From Saccharofermentans sp. (lineage in GTDB: Bacteria; Bacillota; Clostridia; Saccharofermentanales; Saccharofermentanaceae), in the NCBI GenBank assembly GCA_016288885.1, contig JAEFAV010000005.1, forward strand, positions 81,691-145,690: 64,000 nucleotides of DNA, given 5' to 3'. Position 1 is the first letter of the stretch. Every line of letters starts with the position of its first letter. Positions 30,485-40,707 of this stretch are shown piece after piece. Position numbers and translations under genes: made by a program. The notes below the pieces were generated by a model. It ran no database searches and had not been told where the DNA came from. It was given only the letters and a program-made list of their open reading frames with translations.

Positions 30485-32044
30485 TTACAACAACGGAGCC
30501 CAAAGCCTTAGTATTGACTTTAAGAACCTTACAAAGACATTGGGGCTGACGCAGTATTTCTCTGTAACGTCACGGCACTGCTCAAAAGTGTCAAGGAAAT
30601 CCTGCTTTATTTCGGGAATGCAGTCAGTTCTGTACATATAGACAGCATTTTCAAAATGATGATAAAGGCTTCTGAAATCAAGATTTATCGTTCCGACAAC
30701 GGAGCATTTATCATCGCAAATGCAGGTTTTTGTATGGTTGAATCCCGGAGTGTATTCATAGATCCTTACTCCGCTTGTAACGAGCATGTTGTAATAAGAT
30801 CTCGTAACATGATAAGTGAACTTCTTGTCAGGAATTCCGGGAGTAACTATCCTTACGTCAACACCTCTTTTAGATGCTATCTGCAAAGTCCTTGCAAGCT
30901 CATCTGAAAGCACGAGATATGGAGACATAAACCAGCAGTATTCCTGTGCATTATTGATCATGTTAAGATAAACATTCTCACCGATTGGTTCATTATCAAG
31001 AGGACTGTCGCAATAAGGCACGCAGTAACCTTTGGCATTCTTGACCCGAGGAATATCCATCGCCTCAAACTGGAGCATATCATCATCTTTACGTTTGAGA
31101 TCTGCAAAGTTCCACATCTCGACAAACATGGCGGTAAGGCTCTGGACGGCAGGTCCTGTGAGCTTAATGCCGTTATCCTTCCAATGTCCGTAAGGATTGA
31201 CGATGTTGAAATATTCATCGGCAATATTGTAACCGCCTGTATAACCTACAAGGCCGTCAACGACCATTATCTTTCTGTGATCACGGTTGTTCATAAAGAG
31301 CGAAAGGATAGGATATGCGGGATTAAACGCATTACACTTTATGCCTTCAGATTCAAGAAGTTTTACGAAAGCTCTGCTGATAAAAGTGAATGAACCAACG
31401 TCATCATATAAGACCCTGCAGTCAACCCCTGCGGCAGCTCTCTCCTTCAACGCCTCGTGAAGTGGTTCAAATGCTTCTTTGGTCTCTATGGCATGGTACT
31501 CAAGATATACGAACTTCTTCGCCTTTTTAATCGCTTCTATCTGATCTTTATAACAGTCATAAGCAACCGGATAATATTTTACATCTGTACCTTCATATAT
31601 CGGGAAATCGAATCTTCTCAAATATCTGGCATTTGAAGCCCTGGCCGGATCTTCTTTCTTAAACTCATCGAAAATGTCGTCATTGTAGTTCAGATGACTG
31701 AAAACCATGACATCAACTTTCTCAAGTCTTCTCTTGATCTTATGTTTTGAACTGCTGAAGTTGTTCAGAACATAGAATAACAATCCAGGTACAGGAAGGA
31801 TCAGGATTGCAATGACCCATATGAGCTTAAATGCCCCGTTATGATCTCTCGAATTTATACCCAGCGCAACGATCAAAGAAATGACTCTGACGGCAATGTC
31901 GACGGGAGGGAATTTATTACCGAGAAAATATAAAAGAACGATAAAAACTATTATCTCCGCAAGAACAAACAAACCGAAGATTATGATTCTTCCGATACTG
32001 TTCTTGATCGCAGTTTTACGTTCTACCGTTCTCTTTTTTGACAT
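30485..32044 (-). CDS. cls: Cardiolipin synthase
   Basis: N-terminal TMs and two HKD motifs (HRKIMVVD, HTKTCICD). Confidence 0.92.
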   Translation of the reverse strand: MSKKRTVERKTAIKNSIGRIIIFGLFVLAEIIVFIVLLYFLGNKFPPVDIAVRVISLIVALGINSRDHNGAFKLIWVIAILILPVPGLLFYVLNNFSSSKHKIKRRLEKVDVMVFSHLNYNDDIFDEFKKEDPARASNARYLRRFDFPIYEGTDVKYYPVAYDCYKDQIEAIKKAKKFVYLEYHAIETKEAFEPLHEALKERAAAGVDCRVLYDDVGSFTFISRAFVKLLESEGIKCNAFNPAYPILSLFMNNRDHRKIMVVDGLVGYTGGYNIADEYFNIVNPYGHWKDNGIKLTGPAVQSLTAMFVEMWNFADLKRKDDDMLQFEAMDIPRVKNAKGYCVPYCDSPLDNEPIGENVYLNMINNAQEYCWFMSPYLVLSDELARTLQIASKRGVDVRIVTPGIPDKKFTYHVTRSYYNMLVTSGVRIYEYTPGFNHTKTCICDDKCSVVGTINLDFRSLYHHFENAVYMYRTDCIPEIKQDFLDTFEQCRDVTEKYCVSPNVFVRFLKSILRLWAPLL

Positions 32045-33480
32045 TATCCTATGTTCTCGATAAACGCCTTATATCCAAGATAAAGAAAATAAAGATCTAT
32101 CTTTGAAATAACTTCTACGGGAGCATGCATTGACCATACGGGTACTCCCATATCCACAACGTCCATTCCCAGTTCTGCCATTACAGCAGCAATGGTTCCG
32201 CCGCCGCCGGCATCGATGCGTCCCAATTCGCCTGTCTGCCACGGGATGGAATTCTTATCGAAAATATCAGTGATCTCGGCAATGAAATCACCGGTAGCTT
32301 CAGAACAGCCTGCCTTGCCCCTTGCGCCCGTATATTTCTCGATCTTAAGACCGTGAGACATATACGCAGTATTATTCTTCTCGAAGACAGAAGAATATTT
32401 GGGATCGTAAGCTGTTGTAACATCAGTGGAAAGCATCTTTGTTGCAGCAAGAGCCTTTCGGAACTTTAATGTATTGAACTTGTCTATGCCGCCTTCAGCC
32501 TTTGCGAAAACTTCCATAAGGAAGTTCTCATAGAGATTGGAAGTAGCGCCTGAATTGGAATAAGATCCGATCTCTTCCTTATCAGTAAGAAGGCATACAC
32601 AGGTCTTCTTAGGCTTCTCCTGAGCCAGAAGCGCTCTTAATGCAGGATAAGCGCAGACTTTGTCGTCATGACCGTATGCAGCGATATAAGCCCTGTCAAA
32701 ACCGACATCTCTGGCATGGGTAGCCGGAACGATCTCTATCTCAGCGGATACAAAATCCTTCTCCTTAATGCCGTACTGCTCATAAAGGATCTTAAGGACT
32801 CCGGCCTTGAAGATATCGGAAGCTTTCTTGTCTTCCGTGCAGGGAATTCCGCCGATAATAACGTTAAGATCTTCAGCGGGAATAAAATCAGATGCTTTCT
32901 TAGTCATCTGTTCATTTCCGAGATGAGGAAGCAGGTCCGTGATGTAGAATACCGGATCATCCTCCTTTTCACCTACAACGATCTGATGAGCATTACCGTC
33001 ATTGGTAAAAACAACGCCGTGTATACTCAAAGGAATGGTTGTCCACTGATACTTCTTGATTCCGCCGTAATAGTGAGTCTTGAAGTAAACCGTGTCACAG
33101 TCTTCATATATCGGATTGGGCTTAAGATCAAGTCTCGGTGAATCTATATGAGCTCCGAGGATGTTAAATCCTTCAGCAGGTCCCTTCTTTCCGATGACAG
33201 CAGCGGCAAAACCTTTTCCCTTAATGGTCTGGTACACTTTATCACCGGGCTTTAAGGTATCCACCGTAGCAATATCGACAAACCCCAGATCCATCGCTGC
33301 CTGAACAGCATTTGCTGCAAATTCACGCTCAGTCTTGGAATTGTCGAGGAACGCCTTATATTCCTCGGCAAACTCAAAAGTCGCAGTCATATCATCTTCT
33401 GATGCTGTCTCGTAAAGGTTAGGAAATTCAGCAAAAAGCTCGCTTGTCTTGATTTTTTTGATATCTTTTTTCTTAGGCAT
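32044..33480 (-). CDS. M18 family aminopeptidase
   Basis: AHIDSPRLDLKP, YYGGIKKYQW, GHDD, DKEEIGS, GGGGTIA, SMHAP. Start moved to ATG 33480. Confidence 0.92.
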   Translation of the reverse strand: MPKKKDIKKIKTSELFAEFPNLYETASEDDMTATFEFAEEYKAFLDNSKTEREFAANAVQAAMDLGFVDIATVDTLKPGDKVYQTIKGKGFAAAVIGKKGPAEGFNILGAHIDSPRLDLKPNPIYEDCDTVYFKTHYYGGIKKYQWTTIPLSIHGVVFTNDGNAHQIVVGEKEDDPVFYITDLLPHLGNEQMTKKASDFIPAEDLNVIIGGIPCTEDKKASDIFKAGVLKILYEQYGIKEKDFVSAEIEIVPATHARDVGFDRAYIAAYGHDDKVCAYPALRALLAQEKPKKTCVCLLTDKEEIGSYSNSGATSNLYENFLMEVFAKAEGGIDKFNTLKFRKALAATKMLSTDVTTAYDPKYSSVFEKNNTAYMSHGLKIEKYTGARGKAGCSEATGDFIAEITDIFDKNSIPWQTGELGRIDAGGGGTIAAVMAELGMDVVDMGVPVWSMHAPVEVISKIDLYFLYLGYKAFIENIG

Positions 33481-33551
33481 AATATCACCTCTTTCTACGA
33501 GACATATGATACCATAAAGATAATAAAAATCTTTTAAATTAGAGGACAATT

Positions 33552-34367
33552 ATGATAACTGACGGTCATAATCATACAAAGCACTTTTCGCCTGATGCAG
33601 GTCAGTCTGTTGAGGAGCTTATCTTAGAGGCTGCATCCAAAGGTTGTAAAAGGATCGGCATTACCGAACACTATGAGATCGATTATCCCGAAGATGGTCT
33701 TAACTGGATGTTCGATATTAATGAATATGACGAAAAGTTCAAGATATGGCGTAAACTTGCCGGTCACGATATCGAGTTGCTTAAAGGTATAGAATTCGGG
33801 TATCAGACACATGTAGCAGAAGAGATCGATAAGACGGCTGTTCTTATTCCTTTTGATGTTGTCCTTCTGAGCGTTCACCTGTTCAGAGGAAAGGATTTCT
33901 ATGTGGACCGCGAGTGCTATAAGATGCCGGCAAAAGAACTTCACAGGGAATATATTTCAATAATGGCCGAGATGTGTGAGAAATGCAGCAATTATGATGT
34001 TGCAGCACACTATGACTACATCAACAGATATACGGATAATAAGTCTGATTTCGTTACCTACGACGAGTGCCCGAAAGAATTCGACAGATTTTTCGAAGCG
34101 CTTATAAGCAAAGAAAAAGCTCTTGAGATAAATACCAAATCGGTATTCAAGCACAAAGAAGGCGGATTCACGCGCTATCTTCCTGATCCGGCGATCTTAA
34201 AAAGATACAGGGACATGGGCGGCAGACTCATTACATTAGGCTCAGACTCGCACTTTCCAGGCACGTTCGGCGTGTGTTTTGACGAAACCGTAGATTATCT
34301 TAAATCACAAGGGTTTAAGGAAGCATTCTACTTCAAAGACCATAAGCCTTATCCTGAATCACTTTAA
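33552..34367 (+). CDS. Histidinol-phosphatase, HisJ (PHP) family
   Basis: DGHNHT, TEH, GIE, AHYDY, LEIN, GSDSH. Confidence 0.85.
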   Translation: MITDGHNHTKHFSPDAGQSVEELILEAASKGCKRIGITEHYEIDYPEDGLNWMFDINEYDEKFKIWRKLAGHDIELLKGIEFGYQTHVAEEIDKTAVLIPFDVVLLSVHLFRGKDFYVDRECYKMPAKELHREYISIMAEMCEKCSNYDVAAHYDYINRYTDNKSDFVTYDECPKEFDRFFEALISKEKALEINTKSVFKHKEGGFTRYLPDPAILKRYRDMGGRLITLGSDSHFPGTFGVCFDETVDYLKSQGFKEAFYFKDHKPYPESL

Positions 34368-34415
34368 TCCTGCGGTATCAGATTCATTTCATTAGTTTAT
34401 ATTTCAAGCTGATTT

Positions 34416-34450
34416 TTAACGCATTTTCGAAAATCCAAGTTTTGCGTTAA
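34416..34450. repeat. Solo 35-bp TTAAC-N25-GTTAA unit (same family as arrays A and C)
   Basis: TTAACGCATTTTCGAAAATCCAAGTTTTGCGTTAA with an 8-bp terminal inverted repeat, between convergent genes. Confidence 0.85.
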
Positions 34451-34494
34451 AGAATTAAGCCTAGGGATCTTACCAATATTGAACAGCGGTTCAA

Positions 34495-37320
34495 TTATTT
34501 CTTAACGAACCTGAAAACATTACCCTTATCATCATCAGACATACCGCGGATGTAATTAAGGTAAAGATCGGTAACATAATCGCTCTTACCTGAATCTTTC
34601 AGTGTCTGCAGAAAATCAGCTGCTTCGCCTCTTCTGCCAAGCGAGAAGATCCTTATGGCTTCCCTTAAATCCTTGCTGTTAGAAGAACGGAGCTCCCTGT
34701 TCTCATCAGAAAGACAATCAAGGACTTCATAAATAGCTTCTACTTCGTTAACGCCGGCAACCTGAACTATTCCAAGATAGCGGAGATCAAGAGAATCGGG
34801 ATCCTTCATCCTGTCGACAGTGCTTTTCGAGATGAGCATCGCTGTATGATATTGTTTAGTAAGAGATTCAAGTCTGGAACTCATGTTTACGGTCTCGGAA
34901 ATGACGGTTCCGGAAAGCCTTTCCTCCTCACCTACGATTCCCACCATGGCCATGCCTGTATGAACGCCGATTCCTATATTGATATCACTAACATTGAGTT
35001 CTTCAGCGGTCTTGGGATCAAGTACAATGGTTTTATAAAGTTCGATACCGCATCTTACAGCATCATCGGCATTCTCGAAAAGTCCCATGACGGCATCTCC
35101 GATATACTTATCGACAAAACCGTTATTCTTACGGACGATCGGACCCATCTTACCGTAAATGATGTTGGCAAAAGCAAAATTCTCTTTCGCGGTCATCATT
35201 TCGGAATTGATCGAGAATCCTCGGATATCAGTGAAAAGAACTGTTAATTCGCAGCTCTTTGCGTCACCCAGAGACAGATCGGTAAACTTTTCTTTTCCTA
35301 ATAATTCCCTGAACTTTTCAGGTACAAACTTATAATAGAACTGCTCGGTCTTATCCTTTTCGGCAAACAGTGTCTCAAGGTTCTTACCCATCTCATCGAC
35401 TTCAGAACAGATCTGTCCGAGTTCGTCATTAGACTTGTAATTGACTCTCGCAGACAAGTCTCCGTTAGAGATCTTCTTAACAGCTTTTGAAGCTTTCTTG
35501 ATAACTCTCATTGTGTTAAGGAATGACAAGACAATTATCAGTGTCAGTGCAATTATGATCAGGAAACTGTATACGACAACATTACCGAACAGATTGCTTC
35601 TTTGCTCATATAAAGAACTGGTATCTGTGCTGACCATAAGATAATAGTTTCCGGTATTATCTTTATCCCGGATATTACCGAAAACCGAGATAGTACTTAC
35701 ATTATAGTCATCAGCGAAAAATGACTGAATGCTGTTATCAATATAAATTCCTTCTGTAGTATTCGCCATTTCTGAAAACTTGCTGTCAACATGCCTGTTA
35801 AGCGGCATATAGAGCGTATCATCTGCCGAAAGAACCAACAGATCGTCATCAGGTGTTCTGTATACTATCGAGAAAATATACTCATTGCTCCAATCGTTTC
35901 CTCTATTGGAACTGAGCGTGTTTAATTTCTGATTAAGCGCTGCATAAGCAGTTCCGGTCATCTTATCCGCAGACAACAGATCAGAAAAATCATAATCATC
36001 GAACTGTGTCATTGCGAGGTCACAGATAACCGTAAGATCTTTGTTGATCCTTTCCGTAGTTCTCTGATCGAAATAACTGAACAGCTTAGATGCAATAAGG
36101 ATCGTAATTACGACAATGACAGGAAGCGTGATGATCAGTTGTTTATAGAGAAGCGTTTTCTTACGCACAATGAGATTAATGACTAGACATCCAAGACAAA
36201 CGAAGAAAAGCACTTCAACGGATGCATCAAGATACATAAGAATTGTGGGATCAAATCTGATCACAGGAGTATCATCGCGCAGAACTCCGTTATTATATGT
36301 AAAAATGCCGTTGTCGAGACATGCTACTATCGTCTCATCCTCACTTCCTGCAGATCTGTATGAATCTAGTGAGACTATGCGTTTATAATCAGTATCGATA
36401 TTAAAGGCTTCGGTAACTTCACCGTTTTCAAGTATATATACAGTGCTCAGATTCCGGCTGTCAGCAACATAAAGCTTGCCATTAGCAACAGTTGCCAGAT
36501 CAAAATACGGATGATCAACATGATCTTCTACACTGATATCAAACTTATAAATACTTTCGCCTAATGGTTCATTAAAACCGACACTGTATACATTTCCGTC
36601 ACTTCTGAGGAAAAGGAACGAACCGTCAACCGGAATTACCTTTGTTGTATATGTTCCGTCAGGATCAGAGGGATAGAAATCACTTTTTGAAAGCGCCTGA
36701 CTGTCTGTATCAACGGAATAAAGCCAGACTCCGTCATCTTCAACTTCCGCAAAAGTAACGGCTCCGTCAAAATAATGAAGCTTCGAGAGCTTGGTCTTTC
36801 TTAATCTTTTTGAAATATCGTAATCGATCTCACATACAGTGCCCGAGTATTTATAATCTTCCGTGATCCTGTGAATGTAGTCCTTAGAAATTATATTGCT
36901 TTCATACTCAAGGAAATCGGTACTGATAGTATAAATCACGCCATCATCAGTTATGACTAAGTCTCTGGGGAAGAAATATTCGTCAGAACCTGCATCGATC
37001 GTCACCTGACTCAGATTCGTGTATATCTTTTCTTTAGTATCATTGTCATAAACAGCAGCGATATCATTAGTTCCGAGATAGTCTAACAGAGCAATGTTTC
37101 CCCCGTCATTGATCGTGAAATATGCGATATCTTCAGGTACAATATCTCTGATAAAAAAAGGAGTATCGCCTTCTCTGATACCGGTAGTATATGGAGCGTA
37201 AGCAGAAAACACTATGGTCAGGAATCCATAAACAAGGCACAAAGCCATAATGATAAGGAACCATCTTGCCTTGCCGAAGATCTTCATTATGATGTCTTTT
37301 ATTTTATTTCGTGCTTTCAT
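34495..37320 (-). CDS. Membrane-bound class III adenylate cyclase with HAMP and two extracytoplasmic domains
   Basis: Four TM segments, HAMP (GDLSARV...DELGQI), FTDIRGFS, DKYIGDAVM, TVISETVNMSSRLE. Confidence 0.88.
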   Translation of the reverse strand: MKARNKIKDIIMKIFGKARWFLIIMALCLVYGFLTIVFSAYAPYTTGIREGDTPFFIRDIVPEDIAYFTINDGGNIALLDYLGTNDIAAVYDNDTKEKIYTNLSQVTIDAGSDEYFFPRDLVITDDGVIYTISTDFLEYESNIISKDYIHRITEDYKYSGTVCEIDYDISKRLRKTKLSKLHYFDGAVTFAEVEDDGVWLYSVDTDSQALSKSDFYPSDPDGTYTTKVIPVDGSFLFLRSDGNVYSVGFNEPLGESIYKFDISVEDHVDHPYFDLATVANGKLYVADSRNLSTVYILENGEVTEAFNIDTDYKRIVSLDSYRSAGSEDETIVACLDNGIFTYNNGVLRDDTPVIRFDPTILMYLDASVEVLFFVCLGCLVINLIVRKKTLLYKQLIITLPVIVVITILIASKLFSYFDQRTTERINKDLTVICDLAMTQFDDYDFSDLLSADKMTGTAYAALNQKLNTLSSNRGNDWSNEYIFSIVYRTPDDDLLVLSADDTLYMPLNRHVDSKFSEMANTTEGIYIDNSIQSFFADDYNVSTISVFGNIRDKDNTGNYYLMVSTDTSSLYEQRSNLFGNVVVYSFLIIIALTLIIVLSFLNTMRVIKKASKAVKKISNGDLSARVNYKSNDELGQICSEVDEMGKNLETLFAEKDKTEQFYYKFVPEKFRELLGKEKFTDLSLGDAKSCELTVLFTDIRGFSINSEMMTAKENFAFANIIYGKMGPIVRKNNGFVDKYIGDAVMGLFENADDAVRCGIELYKTIVLDPKTAEELNVSDINIGIGVHTGMAMVGIVGEEERLSGTVISETVNMSSRLESLTKQYHTAMLISKSTVDRMKDPDSLDLRYLGIVQVAGVNEVEAIYEVLDCLSDENRELRSSNSKDLREAIRIFSLGRRGEAADFLQTLKDSGKSDYVTDLYLNYIRGMSDDDKGNVFRFVKK

Positions 37321-37347
37321 ATCTATTAATTTCTCTCTATTGAAATA

Positions 37348-38397
37348 TTATTGATTGTTATGCTTATTTAGTATAACTGATGTTGAAGTTTTGCATACAG
37401 AAATAGTTTTTGAAATAACAGTATCGATTATCCAAGCTAATACGACACAGACAGAAAAAGCACAAATAAACAAGAAATACTTGGAACTGACATTTATCTG
37501 ATCGATTACGAAATTATTCAGCAAATAGATCGTAAATGATAATTTCCCGATAAATAACAGTATTTTCGAACTAAGGATCCTGCCGACTATTCCGTTTGGA
37601 AATAAACATATAAGGATCACCAATAAACTCATAAAACAACCGACCAGGTAGAAGAAATTCCATCCTATCAGGAAATTACTCCACTCTGTGTTTATCAATC
37701 CTAAAACCACATTAGAACTCAATAAAATTAATGAAAACAGAAATATTAAAATCAGATCTCCAATAACAGTTTTCTTTCCAAGAACTGATTTAAACCTATT
37801 GCTTTTTCTTATAAATCTGAATATATAGCCGGCACAAATACCCAACATTAATTGATCGATCCTGATATACAGCTGGTCCATCGGTAATAAAACAAATCTG
37901 AAAAGAGCTGCCAGTACAAGAAAAACCACCGCGCAAACAATATCATTATTCAAAGGTTTAATAATCTTTGCCAAAAGTAATAAACCCGCAAATACAAACG
38001 GAATTATAATCATGAGCCAAAAATAGGTGCTGATAAACCACAAATGTCTATATATACCGAAAAAGAACAAAAGATTAAGGAATTCCGACTTCGGAATCAG
38101 ATTGAATCCGGTCTGCAGATAAATAAACAAAAGAACAAGGTAATACCCAGGAAGTATTCGAAGCGCCCTTGACTTATAAAACTTAAGGATGCTCCGTATG
38201 GATAAAAACCTGTTTTCATATTCATCTTTAAAAGGATTGATCAGCAAAAATCCGGCAATAGCAAAAAACAATGCATTTGCGACGCCTCCCTGATTGAGAA
38301 TATCGCAATGAGAAAGAACAACAATAATAATTGCGACTCCCCGCAAACCATCTAACTGGTTAAAGTGAACGGTTTTATTTTCAGGCTCAACCGTCAT
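37348..38397 (-). CDS. Acyltransferase family 3 (OafA/OatA-like membrane O-acyltransferase)
   Basis: LDGLRGVAI..VVLSH, FFAIAGFL, RALRILP, HLWF, GKLSFTIYL. Confidence 0.88.
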   Translation of the reverse strand: MTVEPENKTVHFNQLDGLRGVAIIIVVLSHCDILNQGGVANALFFAIAGFLLINPFKDEYENRFLSIRSILKFYKSRALRILPGYYLVLLFIYLQTGFNLIPKSEFLNLLFFFGIYRHLWFISTYFWLMIIIPFVFAGLLLLAKIIKPLNNDIVCAVVFLVLAALFRFVLLPMDQLYIRIDQLMLGICAGYIFRFIRKSNRFKSVLGKKTVIGDLILIFLFSLILLSSNVVLGLINTEWSNFLIGWNFFYLVGCFMSLLVILICLFPNGIVGRILSSKILLFIGKLSFTIYLLNNFVIDQINVSSKYFLFICAFSVCVVLAWIIDTVISKTISVCKTSTSVILNKHNNQ

Positions 38398-38403
38398 AAT
38401 ATA

Positions 38404-39519
38404 TTACTTTTCATTCTTCATGCCTGACAGAAATGCATTGATAAAGCCATCAAGTTTTCCGTCCATAACAGCATCAACGTCAACCTCTTCGAATCCTGTA
38501 CGGTTATCTTTAACAAGAGTATAAGGACAGAAAACATAGGATCTTATCTGTGAACCCCATGCAATCTCCATCTGATTGCCCTTCAGGTCTTCTATCTTTT
38601 CCATCTCAGATGCCCTTGCGAGTGCAAATAGCTTAGCTTTAAGCATTCTAAGACATGTTTCCCTGTTCTGGAGCTGCGATCTTTCGGCCTGACAGGAAAC
38701 AACGATACCGGTAGGATTATGAGTCATACGGACTGCCGTATCGGTCTTATTGATGTGCTGTCCGCCCTTACCTGTGGAACGGTATGTATCGACACGGACT
38801 TCAGTCATATCGATCTTTATATCATCTTCTGTTTTCTGGTCCAGTTCGGGAATAACTTCGCAGGAAGCAAATGATGTATGTCTTCTTCCTGCCGAATCAA
38901 ACGGTGATATCCTTACAAGACGGTGAACACCCAGCTCAGATCTTAAGAATCCATAAGCATTTTCACCTTTTACCATGAAAGAAACAGACTGTATTCCGGC
39001 TGTATCACCTTCAACGAAATCAAGTTCCTCTACAGCAAATTCATGACTTTCAGCCCATCTGGTATACATTCTGTAAAGCATGGAACACCAGTCCATTGCC
39101 TCTGTTCCGCCGGCTCCGGCATGAAGTGTTATCGTAGCATTGTTTGCGTCATAAGGTCCGGTAAGGAGAGTCTCCAGACGCATCTTCTCGAAATCATCCT
39201 TAAATTTTGAGGTAGAAGACTTAAGTTCTTCAAGGGAATCCATGTCCTCTTCTTCATTTGCAAGTTCACAGAGAGCAAGAAGATCTTCTCTTTCTGATAC
39301 AAGTGAATTATAGCTCTCCACCCTTTTCTTAAGGCGTCCTAATGTCTGCTGGATCTCCGTGGCCTTATCTACGTTGTTCCAGAAATCAGGCTCCTGCATG
39401 CGGTTCTCATACTCACTTATCTGATCTGAAACATGATCGATATGAAGAGCATCCTTAAGCTCTTTTATGGGAGTCTCGTATGATTCAAGCTCTAATCTTA
39501 TGTTGTCAAATTCAAGCAT
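38404..39519 (-). CDS. prfB: Peptide chain release factor 2, uninterrupted frame
   Basis: SPF anticodon-mimic motif (RISPFD), GGQ, WGSQIRSY. Confidence 0.96.
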   Translation of the reverse strand: MLEFDNIRLELESYETPIKELKDALHIDHVSDQISEYENRMQEPDFWNNVDKATEIQQTLGRLKKRVESYNSLVSEREDLLALCELANEEEDMDSLEELKSSTSKFKDDFEKMRLETLLTGPYDANNATITLHAGAGGTEAMDWCSMLYRMYTRWAESHEFAVEELDFVEGDTAGIQSVSFMVKGENAYGFLRSELGVHRLVRISPFDSAGRRHTSFASCEVIPELDQKTEDDIKIDMTEVRVDTYRSTGKGGQHINKTDTAVRMTHNPTGIVVSCQAERSQLQNRETCLRMLKAKLFALARASEMEKIEDLKGNQMEIAWGSQIRSYVFCPYTLVKDNRTGFEEVDVDAVMDGKLDGFINAFLSGMKNEK

Positions 39520-39522
39520 AAA

Positions 39523-40707
39523 TTACCCCTTATGTTCTTCAACAAATTCTTTAAGCAATACCATTGCTGTCTTGATGTCTTCGAGCGAAGCAGCATAACT
39601 GATACGGACAAATCCTTCACCGCACTTTCCGAATGCATTACCGGGAACTATGGCAACATGCTTTTCGAGCAAAAGCTTCTCACAGAATTCCTCGGAAGTC
39701 ATACCGGTGGATTTGATGCACGGAAAAGCATAGAAAGCGCCGTAAGGCGTAAAACAGTCAAGCCCGGCATCCTTCAGTCCCTGAACTATGACTCTTCTCC
39801 TGTGATTATATTCATCACGCATCTTAGACACTTCATTATCGGCATTCATGGCGGCCTCGATCACAGCCAACTGTGATGTTGACGGAGCGCACATAATGCA
39901 ATACTGATGTATCTTTACCATAGGAGCGATCAACTCACGGGGACCAACAAGATAACCTACTCTGAAACCGGTCATGGCATAAGATTTCGAGAAACCGTTG
40001 ACCATGATCACTCTTTCCCTCAACTCAGCAAACTGCGTAAGAGATGACGGTTTGCCGTCAAGATAATTGAGTTCGCAATAAAGCTCGTCGGAAAGAACAA
40101 TGATATCCGGATGTCTCATAAGAACATCCTTTATCTTAGCCCAATCCTCAAGCGTCATGATAGCTCCGGTCGGATTGTTCGGATATCCTACGATGATGTA
40201 CTTAGTCTTATCGGTAATTGCGCTCTCAAGTTCTTCAGGCATGAGCTTATAATTATTCTCAGGCTTTGTCTCGACGATTACGGGAACGCCGTGTGCAAAT
40301 TCGACAGTAGCCTTATAAGCAACGAAACAGGGTTCTACAATAATGACTTCATCACCCGGGTTAATAAGAGCGCGGGCAGCAAGATCCAGACCTTCACTTC
40401 CGCCGACGGTAATAAAGATCTCAGACTTGGGATCATAAGAGATACCGTATCTTCTCTTAAGATAATCAGCTATGGCATTACGGGAATCCACATAACCGGA
40501 ATTGGGTGAATAATGCGTATAGCCGTCTACGATAGAATTGATCGCAGCCTCTCTGATCGACCAGGGGGTAACAAAATCAGGCTCACCGATAGATAATGAG
40601 ATGACATGTCCCGCCATCTCGTTCGCAAGATCAAAAAACTTCCTTATTGCTGAAGGAGGTACTGCCTGTACTGCTTTTGAGATCTTGGAATCGTAATCAA
40701 TACTCAT
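39523..40707 (-). CDS. PLP-dependent class I/II aminotransferase (YugH/AlaT-like)
   Basis: IGEPDF, YPNNPTG, SDELY, SKSYAMTGFRVG; downstream of an Lrp gene. Confidence 0.9.
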   Translation of the reverse strand: MSIDYDSKISKAVQAVPPSAIRKFFDLANEMAGHVISLSIGEPDFVTPWSIREAAINSIVDGYTHYSPNSGYVDSRNAIADYLKRRYGISYDPKSEIFITVGGSEGLDLAARALINPGDEVIIVEPCFVAYKATVEFAHGVPVIVETKPENNYKLMPEELESAITDKTKYIIVGYPNNPTGAIMTLEDWAKIKDVLMRHPDIIVLSDELYCELNYLDGKPSSLTQFAELRERVIMVNGFSKSYAMTGFRVGYLVGPRELIAPMVKIHQYCIMCAPSTSQLAVIEAAMNADNEVSKMRDEYNHRRRVIVQGLKDAGLDCFTPYGAFYAFPCIKSTGMTSEEFCEKLLLEKHVAIVPGNAFGKCGEGFVRISYAASLEDIKTAMVLLKEFVEEHKG

